13,247 nucleotides of DNA from Candidatus Micrarchaeia archaeon (GCA_046538155.1 JBKHJL010000031.1:1-13247); one strand, 5' to 3'. Positions 1 to 8,101 are shown, numbered from the stretch's first letter. Numbers and translations: made by a program. Notes: generated by a model not told the origin, from the sequence alone.

Positions 1-117
1 CCGCGCAAAACCCCATTGCGGTAAAAATTTCCGCAAAAACATAGCCTGTTTTACGCTAGTCCCTGGGTTTTAATCCCAACCCGGTTCTCCTAGAGAAAAA
101 CGATTTTCGAATATTAT
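1..117 (+). repeat. Partial (5'-truncated by window) dispersed copy of the structured repeat family
   Basis: 82-117 CGGTTCTCCTAGAGAAAAACGATTTTCGAATATTAT matches 5838-5873 and 7764-7799 at 32/36 positions. TTTTACGCTA (49-58) recurs at 7944-7953. There is an inverted repeat TTGCGG...CCGCAA at 16-37. Confidence 0.75.
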
Positions 118-173
118 CTTTTTGTCTTCTGCTGCACCAATTCCTTTTTTAATTTACACTTCAATAGGGTGCC

Positions 174-848
174 ATGTCAGTCGTAATTTCTCTTGGCGGA
201 AGCATGGTGAACGGAACCGGGAATCCGGACATCGCATTCCTGAAGAAGTTCAAGGCCATTCTAAAAGGAAAGGAAAAAATCGGAATTGTAGTGGGCGGAG
301 GCAAAATTGCCCGGGACTATGTAAACGCAGCATCCAACTTCTCAAAAAACCAGTTCTGGGGCGATTCACTTGCAGTGCAGGCAACCCGGCTGAATGCAGC
401 ATTGGTTACCCGGGTTTTCTCAAAAGAGGCATGTCCCCTGGTTTTTCAGGACTTTGAGAGCGCCGCGCTCGCAGCCTCCCAGCACAGGGTTGTAGTAATG
501 GGGGGAACCATACCAGGAATCACAACCGATACGGATTCCGTGCTGCTTGCAGAGGCAATAGGTGCAAAGAGGCTGATTAACCTAAGCAATGTGGACGGGG
601 TTTATGATTCTGACCCCAGCAAGAACAAAAAGGCGAAAAAATTCAGGAAGATGAGCTTTTCCCAGCTCCTTTCACTTGCAAATGCTTCGGACAAGAGAAA
701 ACCAGGTACCAATTTTGTGTTTGATGTGATTGCCTGCAAACTTGCTGCAAGGACTAAGATGGAACTCCATTTTGTGGGGGGAAAGAATCTCCGGGACCTC
801 CCCAAGGCAATCAAGGGGAAGGCCCACAGGGGAACAATAATAAGGTGA
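174..848 (+). CDS. pyrH: Uridylate (UMP) kinase, archaeal type
   Basis: 224 aa with VISLGGS, VVGGGKIARDY, GG..PG.TTD, NVDGVYDSDP and PGTNFVFD motifs of archaeal UMP kinases. T/A-rich TATA-like box at about 145-153. Confidence 0.95.
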   Translation: MSVVISLGGSMVNGTGNPDIAFLKKFKAILKGKEKIGIVVGGGKIARDYVNAASNFSKNQFWGDSLAVQATRLNAALVTRVFSKEACPLVFQDFESAALAASQHRVVVMGGTIPGITTDTDSVLLAEAIGAKRLINLSNVDGVYDSDPSKNKKAKKFRKMSFSQLLSLANASDKRKPGTNFVFDVIACKLAARTKMELHFVGGKNLRDLPKAIKGKAHRGTIIR

Positions 849-849
849 G

Positions 850-1572
850 CTAGGATTTCTCAGGCTTGAGCAGCGCCGCAATTTCCTTTTCTTCCATAAG
901 CTTGAACTTCTTGTCTTTTGTGTAGGCGTAGGATACTTCAAGGTTTGCAGGCACAAGCTTGGTTTCGCTGAATTTTTTCAGGGCGTCCACCGAAGCTTTG
1001 ATTGCCTCTTTCAGCCCCATTTCCCTGCTGAATTCTGATTCCAGGTACTCATCCACTTCCTTTTTTGCATTTCCCACCGAATCAGCAAAATACCCTGTCA
1101 TTGCCCCGCTTGGCTCTGCTTCAAAAAGCTCCGGTCCCTCTGGACCTATTCCTGCAATGAGCAGGGAAACACCAAATGGCCTTATGCCCCCATACTGAGT
1201 ATAGAGCTGCATTACATCGCAGACCCCTCTTGCAATTGATTCGGGGGAGGCAGGCTCATTGTATGTCATCCTGTGCCTCTGGGCGTTTGTCCTTGCAAGC
1301 TCCACCAGTTTTCTTGCATCGGCAATGAGCCCGCTGGCGGTCACGGAAATGTGGTTGTCCACCTCAAACACTTTTCTAAGCGATTCGGAAACTATAAGCT
1401 TTGAGTGGGCACTTTTGTAAGCAATCAGGGCTACTCCTTCTTTTGAGGTCACTCCTATTGCGGTTGCCCCTCTCTTCACTGCCTCTTTTGCATATTCCAC
1501 CTGGAATAGCCGCCCGTCCGGGCTGAATACTGTGATTGTCCTGTCATATGCTTGTGGTGTAACTCCATACAT
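850..1572 (-). CDS. psmA: Proteasome subunit alpha
   Basis: N-terminal signature YDRTITVFSPDGRLFQVEYA, plus SGLIADAR and RPFGVSLLIAG. ATG at 1572 preferred over GTG at 1581 because the GTG is part of an AGGTG Shine-Dalgarno-like motif. Confidence 0.96.
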   Translation of the reverse strand: MYGVTPQAYDRTITVFSPDGRLFQVEYAKEAVKRGATAIGVTSKEGVALIAYKSAHSKLIVSESLRKVFEVDNHISVTASGLIADARKLVELARTNAQRHRMTYNEPASPESIARGVCDVMQLYTQYGGIRPFGVSLLIAGIGPEGPELFEAEPSGAMTGYFADSVGNAKKEVDEYLESEFSREMGLKEAIKASVDALKKFSETKLVPANLEVSYAYTKDKKFKLMEEKEIAALLKPEKS

Positions 1573-1577
1573 AATAC

Positions 1578-1612
1578 GCACCTTTGCTTAGAGTTTAAAT
1601 ACAAAGTTTTTA
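1578..1612 (-). promoter_or_regulatory. Putative psmA promoter and SD
   Basis: Minus strand reads AAAAACTTTGTATTTAAACTCTAAGCAAAGGTGCG: TATA-like TATTTAAA followed by an AGGTG SD upstream of the ATG. Confidence 0.5.
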
Positions 1613-2443
1613 AATATGCCCATTCATTTTACCAGGAATTTTTTCCTGTATCCTTTTGATGCTTATTGAATCCAGGAGTCCAATGCCCCTTACAATACCC
1701 CACAGTGCAGATGTACCCAGAACCAATAGTGCTGCATTGGAATTCTGTCCGGAAAAGTATCCCTGGAAAGCGGGCATGGACGATGCGGCAGCTGCGCCAA
1801 AAAGCATCCAGTTCATGCAAAGCCCACGCAGGCTCCTCCGGTCCCCACGGCTGAACTTCTCTACCAGTTTTTCCGTTTTTTCTTCCCCAATCTTGTTCTT
1901 GAGCAGTTTCATGGTCCCGTTTCTCTTGGCACGTTGCCCCCCCAGATACGCCCCTTTCTTTTCCTCAATCTCATCTGAAGCAACCATGACCATGCCTGCA
2001 AGTGCCCTTTTCTTCACCATGCCTTTGCCGTTTTTTTCCGCCCACGCAAGGTATTTCTTCCCCAGCTCAACTTCCCGCACGTCTCCCCTGCTTCGTGCAA
2101 GAGAAACCATCCGGTCAACATATTTTTCCCCAAGGAACCCCGCTATCCGGGAAGCGGCCTTACCTCTGGAACAAATTATCTTTTCCACAGGAAAAAGCCT
2201 TTCTTCCTTCCCTTTTTTTATCCGCCGCTTAAATCTCCTTATGTCAGAAGAGTCCATCCCCCAGAGCATTTCGGACATCTTCAGGTGATATCGGCTGTTC
2301 CCGTTTCTCAGCCCCGGCTGCACAATACCAGCAAAATGAAGCAGCTCTTCCCTCATAGGCCCTGTTCTCCTGAACGCCCTGCTTTTTCTCCTTTTTAGGC
2401 CGCTTTTCTCCTTTGCTCTATTAGGCAGATATTGGAAGTGCAT
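1610..2443 (-). CDS. Hypothetical basic protein with two C-terminal hydrophobic helices
   Basis: 277-aa ORF filling the psmA-ATPase gap. K/R-rich, with hydrophobic segments LCMNWMLFGAAAA and AALLVLGTSALWGIV. TATAAAAA lies about 25-30 nt upstream of ATG 2443. Alternative start at 2356. Confidence 0.7.
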   Translation of the reverse strand: MHFQYLPNRAKEKSGLKRRKSRAFRRTGPMREELLHFAGIVQPGLRNGNSRYHLKMSEMLWGMDSSDIRRFKRRIKKGKEERLFPVEKIICSRGKAASRIAGFLGEKYVDRMVSLARSRGDVREVELGKKYLAWAEKNGKGMVKKRALAGMVMVASDEIEEKKGAYLGGQRAKRNGTMKLLKNKIGEEKTEKLVEKFSRGDRRSLRGLCMNWMLFGAAAASSMPAFQGYFSGQNSNAALLVLGTSALWGIVRGIGLLDSISIKRIQEKIPGKMNGHI

Positions 2444-2513
2444 TAGGGTGTTTTAGTGTGGGTTAAGTTTTTATAGTTGTTGCCGGCAAGACCTTTTTAA
2501 TCTTTAATAATAA
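2444..2513. promoter_or_regulatory. Divergent promoter region
   Basis: TATAAAAA on the minus strand (2468-2475) and TTTTTAATCTTTAATAA on the plus strand (2493-2509) between divergent ORFs. Confidence 0.5.
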
Positions 2514-5186
2514 ATGCTTCCCATGGAAAGGCGGGTTCCCTGGCATTCAATAGCAGGAGATGATGTGCTGGACCGGCTCGGCACGGGCAGAAACGGCCTT
2601 TCAGGCAGCAAGGCCGAAGCAAGGCTGGAGAAATTTGGCCCGAATATAATTGCCCTGGAGCGAAAGGTTTCACCACTTTCCATACTTGCTGACCAGTTTA
2701 ATGATTTCCTGATATTTATCCTGATATTTGCTTCTCTGGTTTCTTTCGGGCTGGGGTATTTGGAGGGAAACGAGGAATATTTTTTTGATGCCGGCCTGAT
2801 TCTTGTGATAGTTATCCTGAACGGTCTCTTCGGCTTTTTCCAGAACTACAAGGCGGAAAAGAGTCTGGAGGCTCTCAAGAAAATGGCTGTTCCCAAGGCG
2901 ACGGTGCTCAGGGACGGTACCCCCTCAGAAATTGATGCGACCATAATAGTTCCAGGAGACATAATGGTTCTCAGTGAAGGTGACCAGATTACGGCAGACT
3001 GCCGCATACTGCGTTCCAGCAATCTTCTTGTGGACGAGTCCCTGCTTACAGGTGAAAGTGTCCCATCTTCAAAATCCCCTGGTTCTCTTTCCCAGGATAC
3101 TTCCCTTGCCGACCGCTCTAATATGCTTTACAAGGGCACATATGTGAGCAGGGGCAATGCCTGGGCAGTGGTTGTGGACACTGGGCTGAATACTGAAGTA
3201 GGGCTAATCGCAAAGGCGATGCACGGAGCGGAAGAGCACCCCACGCTTTTCCAGAAGGAACTTGACAAACTTGGGAAGAATATCGGGACGGGCCTTCTCG
3301 CGATAATTGCCTTTATTGCAGTCGTCCAGTTTTTCCTCAGCAGCATGGACCCTATAACAATCTTTCTTACTGCAATAGCCCTTGCAGTTGCAGCGATACC
3401 CGAAGGTCTTCCTGCGGTGGTTACCCTTGCCCTTGCCCTTGGCACAATGCGGATGGCAAAGAAGAACTCGCTTGTAAGGCGCCTTTCTGTTGTGGAGGAC
3501 CTCAGCAGTGTTGATGTGATATGTACGGACAAGACAGGTACGCTTACAGAGAATGCCCTCACTGTCCGCAGGCTTTTTACTGACTGGAAGTCCTTCAAGG
3601 TTACAGGACGGGGACATTCAACAGAAGGAGAAGTACTTCTTGAGGGAAAAAAGGCTTCTGAAAACGTATATAAAAAGCTCCTCTGGTGTGGAGTACTCTG
3701 CAACAATGTGGTGATGGGCAAGAAGGAGGGTAAGAAAGAATACATGGGCGACCCCACGGAAGTGGCAATCCACATCGCCGCGAAAAAAGCAGGGGTAAAT
3801 GCAGGCGGATATTCCCGGACCGAAGAGCTCCCCTTTTCCTCTGACCGGAAAAGGATGACCACTCTGAACAGAAAGGGAAAGGAATATGTTGCCTGCATGA
3901 AAGGCGCCCCAGAAGTGGTCCTTGAAAGGTGCGATCGTATCCTGGAAGGCGGAAAGGTACGCAAACTTACTGATTCCAGGAAAAAGAAGATACTTAAGCA
4001 GAATGAAGAGATGGGGCAGGATGCCCTGAGGGTTTTGGCATTTTCCTATAAGAACCTGAAAAAGAAAAAGGTGCCGGAGAAAGAGGCAGAAACTGGTCAT
4101 ATTTTCATCGGGCTTCAGGGGATGGTAGATCCCCCAAGGAAGGAAGTTCCGGACGCAATAAATGCCTGCCAGGGAGCCGGAATCAGGATTATCATGATTA
4201 CTGGGGATAATATTGCAACTGCAAAGGCGATTGCAAAAGAGGTTGGCATAGGGGATGGCGCAGTGGAGGGCAGGCAGATAGAAGGCATGCCTGAGCACGA
4301 ACTTCGCATGAAGGTAGAGAAGATAAATATTTTTGCAAGAATAGCACCCCTTGAAAAGCAAAGGATACTCAAGGCCCTGCAGGCAAATGGTCACAATGTG
4401 GCGATGACCGGGGATGGGGTTAATGATGCCCCTGCGCTCAGGAATTCCCATGTGGGGATTTCCATGGGCATCCGGGGCACGGATATTGCCAAGCAGGCAT
4501 CGGACATGGTCCTGCTTGATGATAATTTTGCCTCAATAGCAAAGGCAATAAAGGAGGGCAGAACAATATTCAACAATATCCGCAATTTTGTAACTTATCT
4601 CCTGATGGCTAACTTTTCTGAAGTATTCGTAGTCTTTTTTGCTTCTCTTGCCGGTTTTGTGCCCATAAGGGCAACCCAGCTCCTCTGGATTAATCTGCTT
4701 ACAGATGGCGCCCCTGCTCTGGTTCTCGGCTCTGACCCGCCGCGAAAGCATGTTATGAAGAAAAAGCCCCGGCCGAGCAGCGAAGGGATAATCAACAAAT
4801 GGGTTATGAAGGCCATTATTACGATAGGCCTTTTGGATACTTTGCTCCTGCTCGCTCTCTTTTTCTACTCTCTTCCTGTGGGTGAGGACTACGCGCGCAC
4901 CATGTTGTTTACAGGATTTGTGTTTTCCGAAGCAACCAGGCTGATAGTGATAAGGCTAAAGGACAAGCTCTCTATTTTTTCAAACAGGTGGCTGTTGATT
5001 GCAATAGCAGTTTCGTTCCTGCTGCAGCTCCTGGTTCTCTATACTCCGCTTTCAGTTTATTTCGGGACTGTCCCACTGGGAATAGGAGATTGGCAGGTGC
5101 TTCTTGGCTTCCTTGCAGCCAGCATAGTTTCAGTACTCGGAGTCTACCATTTCTTCCTTAGGGATAAGGAGCACCCGGATGTTTGA
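2514..5186 (+). CDS. Cation-transporting P-type ATPase, type IIA (Ca2+, SERCA-like)
   Basis: 890 aa with TGES, ALAVAAIPEGLP, DKTGTLT, KGAPE, MITGD, TGDGVNDAPAL and LLWINLLTDG motifs. The start may be ATG 2523. Confidence 0.95.
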   Translation: MLPMERRVPWHSIAGDDVLDRLGTGRNGLSGSKAEARLEKFGPNIIALERKVSPLSILADQFNDFLIFILIFASLVSFGLGYLEGNEEYFFDAGLILVIVILNGLFGFFQNYKAEKSLEALKKMAVPKATVLRDGTPSEIDATIIVPGDIMVLSEGDQITADCRILRSSNLLVDESLLTGESVPSSKSPGSLSQDTSLADRSNMLYKGTYVSRGNAWAVVVDTGLNTEVGLIAKAMHGAEEHPTLFQKELDKLGKNIGTGLLAIIAFIAVVQFFLSSMDPITIFLTAIALAVAAIPEGLPAVVTLALALGTMRMAKKNSLVRRLSVVEDLSSVDVICTDKTGTLTENALTVRRLFTDWKSFKVTGRGHSTEGEVLLEGKKASENVYKKLLWCGVLCNNVVMGKKEGKKEYMGDPTEVAIHIAAKKAGVNAGGYSRTEELPFSSDRKRMTTLNRKGKEYVACMKGAPEVVLERCDRILEGGKVRKLTDSRKKKILKQNEEMGQDALRVLAFSYKNLKKKKVPEKEAETGHIFIGLQGMVDPPRKEVPDAINACQGAGIRIIMITGDNIATAKAIAKEVGIGDGAVEGRQIEGMPEHELRMKVEKINIFARIAPLEKQRILKALQANGHNVAMTGDGVNDAPALRNSHVGISMGIRGTDIAKQASDMVLLDDNFASIAKAIKEGRTIFNNIRNFVTYLLMANFSEVFVVFFASLAGFVPIRATQLLWINLLTDGAPALVLGSDPPRKHVMKKKPRPSSEGIINKWVMKAIITIGLLDTLLLLALFFYSLPVGEDYARTMLFTGFVFSEATRLIVIRLKDKLSIFSNRWLLIAIAVSFLLQLLVLYTPLSVYFGTVPLGIGDWQVLLGFLAASIVSVLGVYHFFLRDKEHPDV

Positions 5187-5235
5187 ATGCCTGACAATCC
5201 ATCGTCTTTAAATTTTCTTTCCGGGTAATTTGCAT

Positions 5236-5700
5236 ATGAACTGGCCGGAGCACATGTTCATTGGCGCGCTTTTCGGCATAATCATATCTCTGCTGCTCCA
5301 GACCCCTGTTCTTGATTCTGCCATTCTTGTTGCTTTTGCTTCTGTTTCCGCGCTTGCGCCGGATATAGACCACGATTCCTCCAAAATCCGCAGGATTTCC
5401 AACATCACCGTCCCAATAGCTGCATTCGGGTTTTCCTTTGCCTCCACCTGCACGGAGGGCGTTATGTGCACGCTGGAGGATTTGCGTTCTGTGGTTATCC
5501 TGGGCCTCGCAATAACCGGTATCTACATGATAATACTCACGTTTTTCAAGCCCCACCACAGGGGAATAACCCACACAGTTTTTGCTGCGTTGATCTTTGC
5601 AGTATTCATCTACATCTTCTCTGACCTGAATTTTGCCTTTGCAGGCTTTGCAGGCTACACCTCGCACCTGATTGCAGATAGGCATATAAGGGTGTTATAG
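5236..5700 (+). CDS. Membrane-bound metal-dependent hydrolase (YdjM-like)
   Basis: M...H, PDIDH, HRGITH and SHLIAD motifs with several hydrophobic helices. ATG 5236 preferred over TTG 5230. Confidence 0.88.
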   Translation: MNWPEHMFIGALFGIIISLLLQTPVLDSAILVAFASVSALAPDIDHDSSKIRRISNITVPIAAFGFSFASTCTEGVMCTLEDLRSVVILGLAITGIYMIILTFFKPHHRGITHTVFAALIFAVFIYIFSDLNFAFAGFAGYTSHLIADRHIRVL

Positions 5701-5787
5701 CCAACATTACACAAGAGCAGCAGAAATTCTGCAATGATGAAATGTAGGTTTCCTGAGCAGCTTCCTTTTGGAACTTCTGCAGTGATG

Positions 5788-5875
5788 AGAAACTGGAGCT
5801 CTGATTCGACCCTTTCTTTTTGAGAAAAAGAAAGGTTCGGTTCTCCCAAAGAAAAACCATTTTCCAATATTATTC
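5788..5875 (+). repeat. 88-bp direct repeat, copy 1 (short form of structured repeat)
   Basis: Identical to 7714-7801. Contains the hairpin CCTTTCTTTTT-GAG-AAAAAGAAAGG. Confidence 0.97.
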
Positions 5876-5880
5876 TTGGC

Positions 5881-5919
5881 TAGGCGCACCCAAAAGAAGA
5901 AAATGTTTTCCGGATATTA
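5881..5919 (+). repeat. Extra tandem tail of the repeat family (variant type)
   Basis: TAGGCGCACCCAAAAGAA (5881-5898) is identical to 8847-8864 and is followed by a degenerate AAAATGTTTTCCGGATATT tail. Confidence 0.8.
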
Positions 5920-5940
5920 ACTTCAATCGGGGCAAGCGTG

Positions 5941-6627
5941 ATGATAAAACACAGGAAGGGCGCGAAGGCTGCAAAGGAAGAGCCAGCTAAGGAAGTGGGC
6001 AGAACCATTAGAAAGTACAGGGATTCCTGCCAATCCGATTTTTGGCAAGCAATATTCGAGAAAGAGGCAAGTTACCTCTTAAAGAGATTAAAGGGTTGCA
6101 GGAGCGTTCTGAGTGTTGGGTGCGGGCCCGCGGTTATAGAAAAGGAATTGCAGGCAAAAGGATTTGTTATTACCGGCCTGGATGTTTCCAAAGAAGCGCT
6201 CGAAGGCGCCCCGGACAGCGTCAGGACGGTAGTGGGCTCCGCAGAAAGGATGGAGTTTGAAAGCAACAGTTTCGATGCCGTAATTTATGTTGCATCCCTG
6301 CAGTTTATTGGCAATTATGAGAAAGCGATCAAGGAAGCAGCAAGAGTCCTCAAGCCGGAGGGAAAGCTGATTGTTATGCTCCTGAATCCCGCCTCTGGGT
6401 TTTTCAAGGCAAAAACGAAAGAGGCAGACTCCTACGTAAACAAAATAAAGCATTCCCGCTTAGCCCCAATAGAAGAATCAATCAGGAAGAATTTTGCCCA
6501 CGTCAGGGCATCCTACTGCCTGGGAGTCAGCGGAAAAAGTGTATTCGAGAGCAGGAATCCTGATTTAGCAACAATATACCTAGTCGAAGGAACCAAGCCA
6601 CAAGTTGATGTAACCATGGTTACATAA
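5941..6627 (+). CDS. Class I SAM-dependent methyltransferase
   Basis: Motif I VLSVGCG, GLDVSKEAL, SFDAV and ARVLKPEGKL. The start is uncertain (GTG 5938 or ATG 5941). Confidence 0.88.
   Translation: MIKHRKGAKAAKEEPAKEVGRTIRKYRDSCQSDFWQAIFEKEASYLLKRLKGCRSVLSVGCGPAVIEKELQAKGFVITGLDVSKEALEGAPDSVRTVVGSAERMEFESNSFDAVIYVASLQFIGNYEKAIKEAARVLKPEGKLIVMLLNPASGFFKAKTKEADSYVNKIKHSRLAPIEESIRKNFAHVRASYCLGVSGKSVFESRNPDLATIYLVEGTKPQVDVTMVT
6608..6625. repeat. 18-bp perfect palindrome ATGTAACCATGGTTACAT, copy 1
   Basis: Self-complementary. An identical copy is at 7964-7981. Confidence 0.95.
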
Positions 6628-6659
6628 TATCGGATAAGCCCAATCCTCTGCTATCCGGT

Positions 6660-6701
6660 ATGTAGTCACATCCTTACAAACATTTATAAAATGTAGTCAC
6701 C
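6660..6701 (+). promoter_or_regulatory. fic promoter: TATA box flanked by two ATGTAGTCAC direct repeats
   Basis: ATGTAGTCAC at 6660-6669 and 6691-6700 around TTTATAAA (6683-6690), which ends 23 nt before ATG 6713. Confidence 0.7.
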
Positions 6702-6712
6702 TAATTTAACCC

Positions 6713-7657
6713 ATGCACGTAGAAATCAGAACCGAAAAAGGAAAGAAAAAATATTACCTTTCGCACTCCTACCGCCAGAAAGATAAAGTCAAAAAACTTC
6801 GTATTTATCTCGGGACAGATCTTTCCAAAGCAGAGCTTGAAAAGAAGCGAAAAAAGGCAGAAAAGCAAATCAAAGAGCAAATAAAGGCACTCAAGGTTAT
6901 CCGCGACCCCTACCACACAATCCTTTCCCCAAAGGAACGCAGCCAGCTTAAGAAACTGGGCGCTTCCGGCAACATCAAGCTCCCACATTTGAGTGAAGAT
7001 GACTGGGTAAAATTCACAGAAGCCTTCACCTACGACACGAATGCGATAGAAGGCTCTACTGTAACTGAAAAAGAAGTAGTGAATATCCTGGAGAAGGACA
7101 AGTGGCCCCAGAAAGCTAAGGGAGAGATATCCGAGACCTATGGGGTTGCCAAGGCAGTCAAATACATTAGAAAGATAAAAGCCCATCTTTCCCTGGACCT
7201 GATAAAGGAACTCCACAGGATAGTGTTCGAAAACTCAAAGCCTTTTGCAGGAAAGTTCAGGAAAAGGGGGAGGGAAGTAGTAATCGCAGACAGGTTTGGA
7301 AACATAGTCCATAGAGGTGCGCCTTCTTCCCAGGTAGTCCCCCTCCTCAAAGAACTAGTTGGATGGTACGAAGAAAACAAGAAGTTTTACCCTCCGCTTG
7401 TGCTTGCTGCAGTGGTCCACAACCAATTCGAGAACATCCATCCCTTTGAAGATGGGAATGGGAGAGTGGGGCGCCTGCTGCTAAACAACATCCTGCTCAA
7501 GCATGGCCTGCCCCCAGTTAATATCGAGTTGGAGAACAGAAGGGAGTACTACGATTCGCTTCAGGCTTACCATAATAACCATGATATCCGGCCCACAATC
7601 GAGCTGATGCTCAGGGAATATAAGAAGCTAAAGAAATCCCTGAAGAAAACCGGGTGA
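6713..7657 (+). CDS. Fic-domain protein (class II-like) with an N-terminal basic extension
   Basis: Canonical HPFEDGNGRVGR motif (7439-7474) and an N-terminal inhibitory motif TNAIEG matching (S/T)xxxE(G/N) (7037-7054). Confidence 0.93.
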   Translation: MHVEIRTEKGKKKYYLSHSYRQKDKVKKLRIYLGTDLSKAELEKKRKKAEKQIKEQIKALKVIRDPYHTILSPKERSQLKKLGASGNIKLPHLSEDDWVKFTEAFTYDTNAIEGSTVTEKEVVNILEKDKWPQKAKGEISETYGVAKAVKYIRKIKAHLSLDLIKELHRIVFENSKPFAGKFRKRGREVVIADRFGNIVHRGAPSSQVVPLLKELVGWYEENKKFYPPLVLAAVVHNQFENIHPFEDGNGRVGRLLLNNILLKHGLPPVNIELENRREYYDSLQAYHNNHDIRPTIELMLREYKKLKKSLKKTG

Positions 7658-7683
7658 CTACACGCATATTATTTGTAGTCACC
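7653..7683. repeat. Inverted repeat GGTGACTACA-N11-TGTAGTCACC overlapping the fic stop
   Basis: Perfect 10-bp arms built from the same TGTAGTCAC motif that flanks the fic TATA box. Confidence 0.85.
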
Positions 7684-7690
7684 TACAATC

Positions 7691-7801
7691 CAGCACTCAT
7701 CACTCTAGTAATCAGAAACTGGAGCTCTGATTCGACCCTTTCTTTTTGAGAAAAAGAAAGGTTCGGTTCTCCCAAAGAAAAACCATTTTCCAATATTATT
7801 C
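7691..7801 (+). repeat. Leader motif plus 88-bp direct repeat, copy 2 (7714-7801)
   Basis: 7714-7801 is identical to 5788-5875. Leader CAGCACTCATCACTCTAGTAATCAG resembles 7801-7826 and 8684-8708. Confidence 0.95.
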
Positions 7802-7953
7802 AGGTACTCATCCCTCCAGCAATAAGAAACTGGAGCTCTGACCACCGTTTTTGTTCTGCTGTTTTACTCCGTTGCCAAAAATCTGTGTGACCTGCGGTCA
7901 CATCTCTTGAGCAGAGCTCAAGACAGTAGCCAAAAAGCCCTCATTTTACGCTA
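7801..7953 (+). repeat. Long-form repeat copy with double-hairpin module
   Basis: Head AGAAACTGGAGCTCTGA at 7825-7841. Hairpins TGTGACC-TGC-GGTCACA (7886-7902) and TCTTGAGC-AGA-GCTCAAGA (7905-7923). The canonical tail is absent. Confidence 0.85.
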
Positions 7954-7963
7954 CCGACGTATT

Positions 7964-7981
7964 ATGTAACCATGGTTACAT
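7964..7981. repeat. 18-bp perfect palindrome ATGTAACCATGGTTACAT, copy 2
   Basis: Identical to 6608-6625. Confidence 0.95.
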
Positions 7982-8070
7982 GCTAGGCTAAGCACCGGAA
8001 ACCCACCTTTATTTTGTTTATAATCTTATGAAGTTGAATAAAATACGAATGAACTGGTTTGAAACAGAAG

Positions 8071-8101
8071 TATTAAATATGTGTATCCACATAAATATGT
8101 G
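8071..8101 (+). promoter_or_regulatory. TA operon promoter/operator
   Basis: TATTAAAT (8071-8078) followed by alternating TATGTG / CACATA / TATGTG half-sites (8078-8101) directly before ATG 8103. Confidence 0.65.

Noticed and set aside
3128..4816. Long antisense ORFs (278 and 277 aa) within the ATPase
   Set aside because: Shadow ORFs opposite a well-conserved gene, with no recognisable motifs.
5795..5847. Group II intron domain V resemblance (GAGC...CGGTTC)
   Set aside because: Only the terminal few bases match. Length and bulge do not fit domain V, and there is no domain VI or RT ORF.
5606..5889. Short minus-strand ORFs (84, 70, 60 aa) and similar ORFs at 8656-8963
   Set aside because: They are translations of the non-coding repeat with no protein motifs.
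6608..6625. Xer/dif recombination site
   Set aside because: dif sites have two ~11-bp arms around a 6-bp spacer, whereas this is an uninterrupted 18-bp palindrome.
5941..6627. DNA methyltransferase of a restriction-modification system
   Set aside because: No DPPY/NPPY or PC catalytic motif and no adjacent nuclease. It looks like a small-molecule class I methyltransferase.
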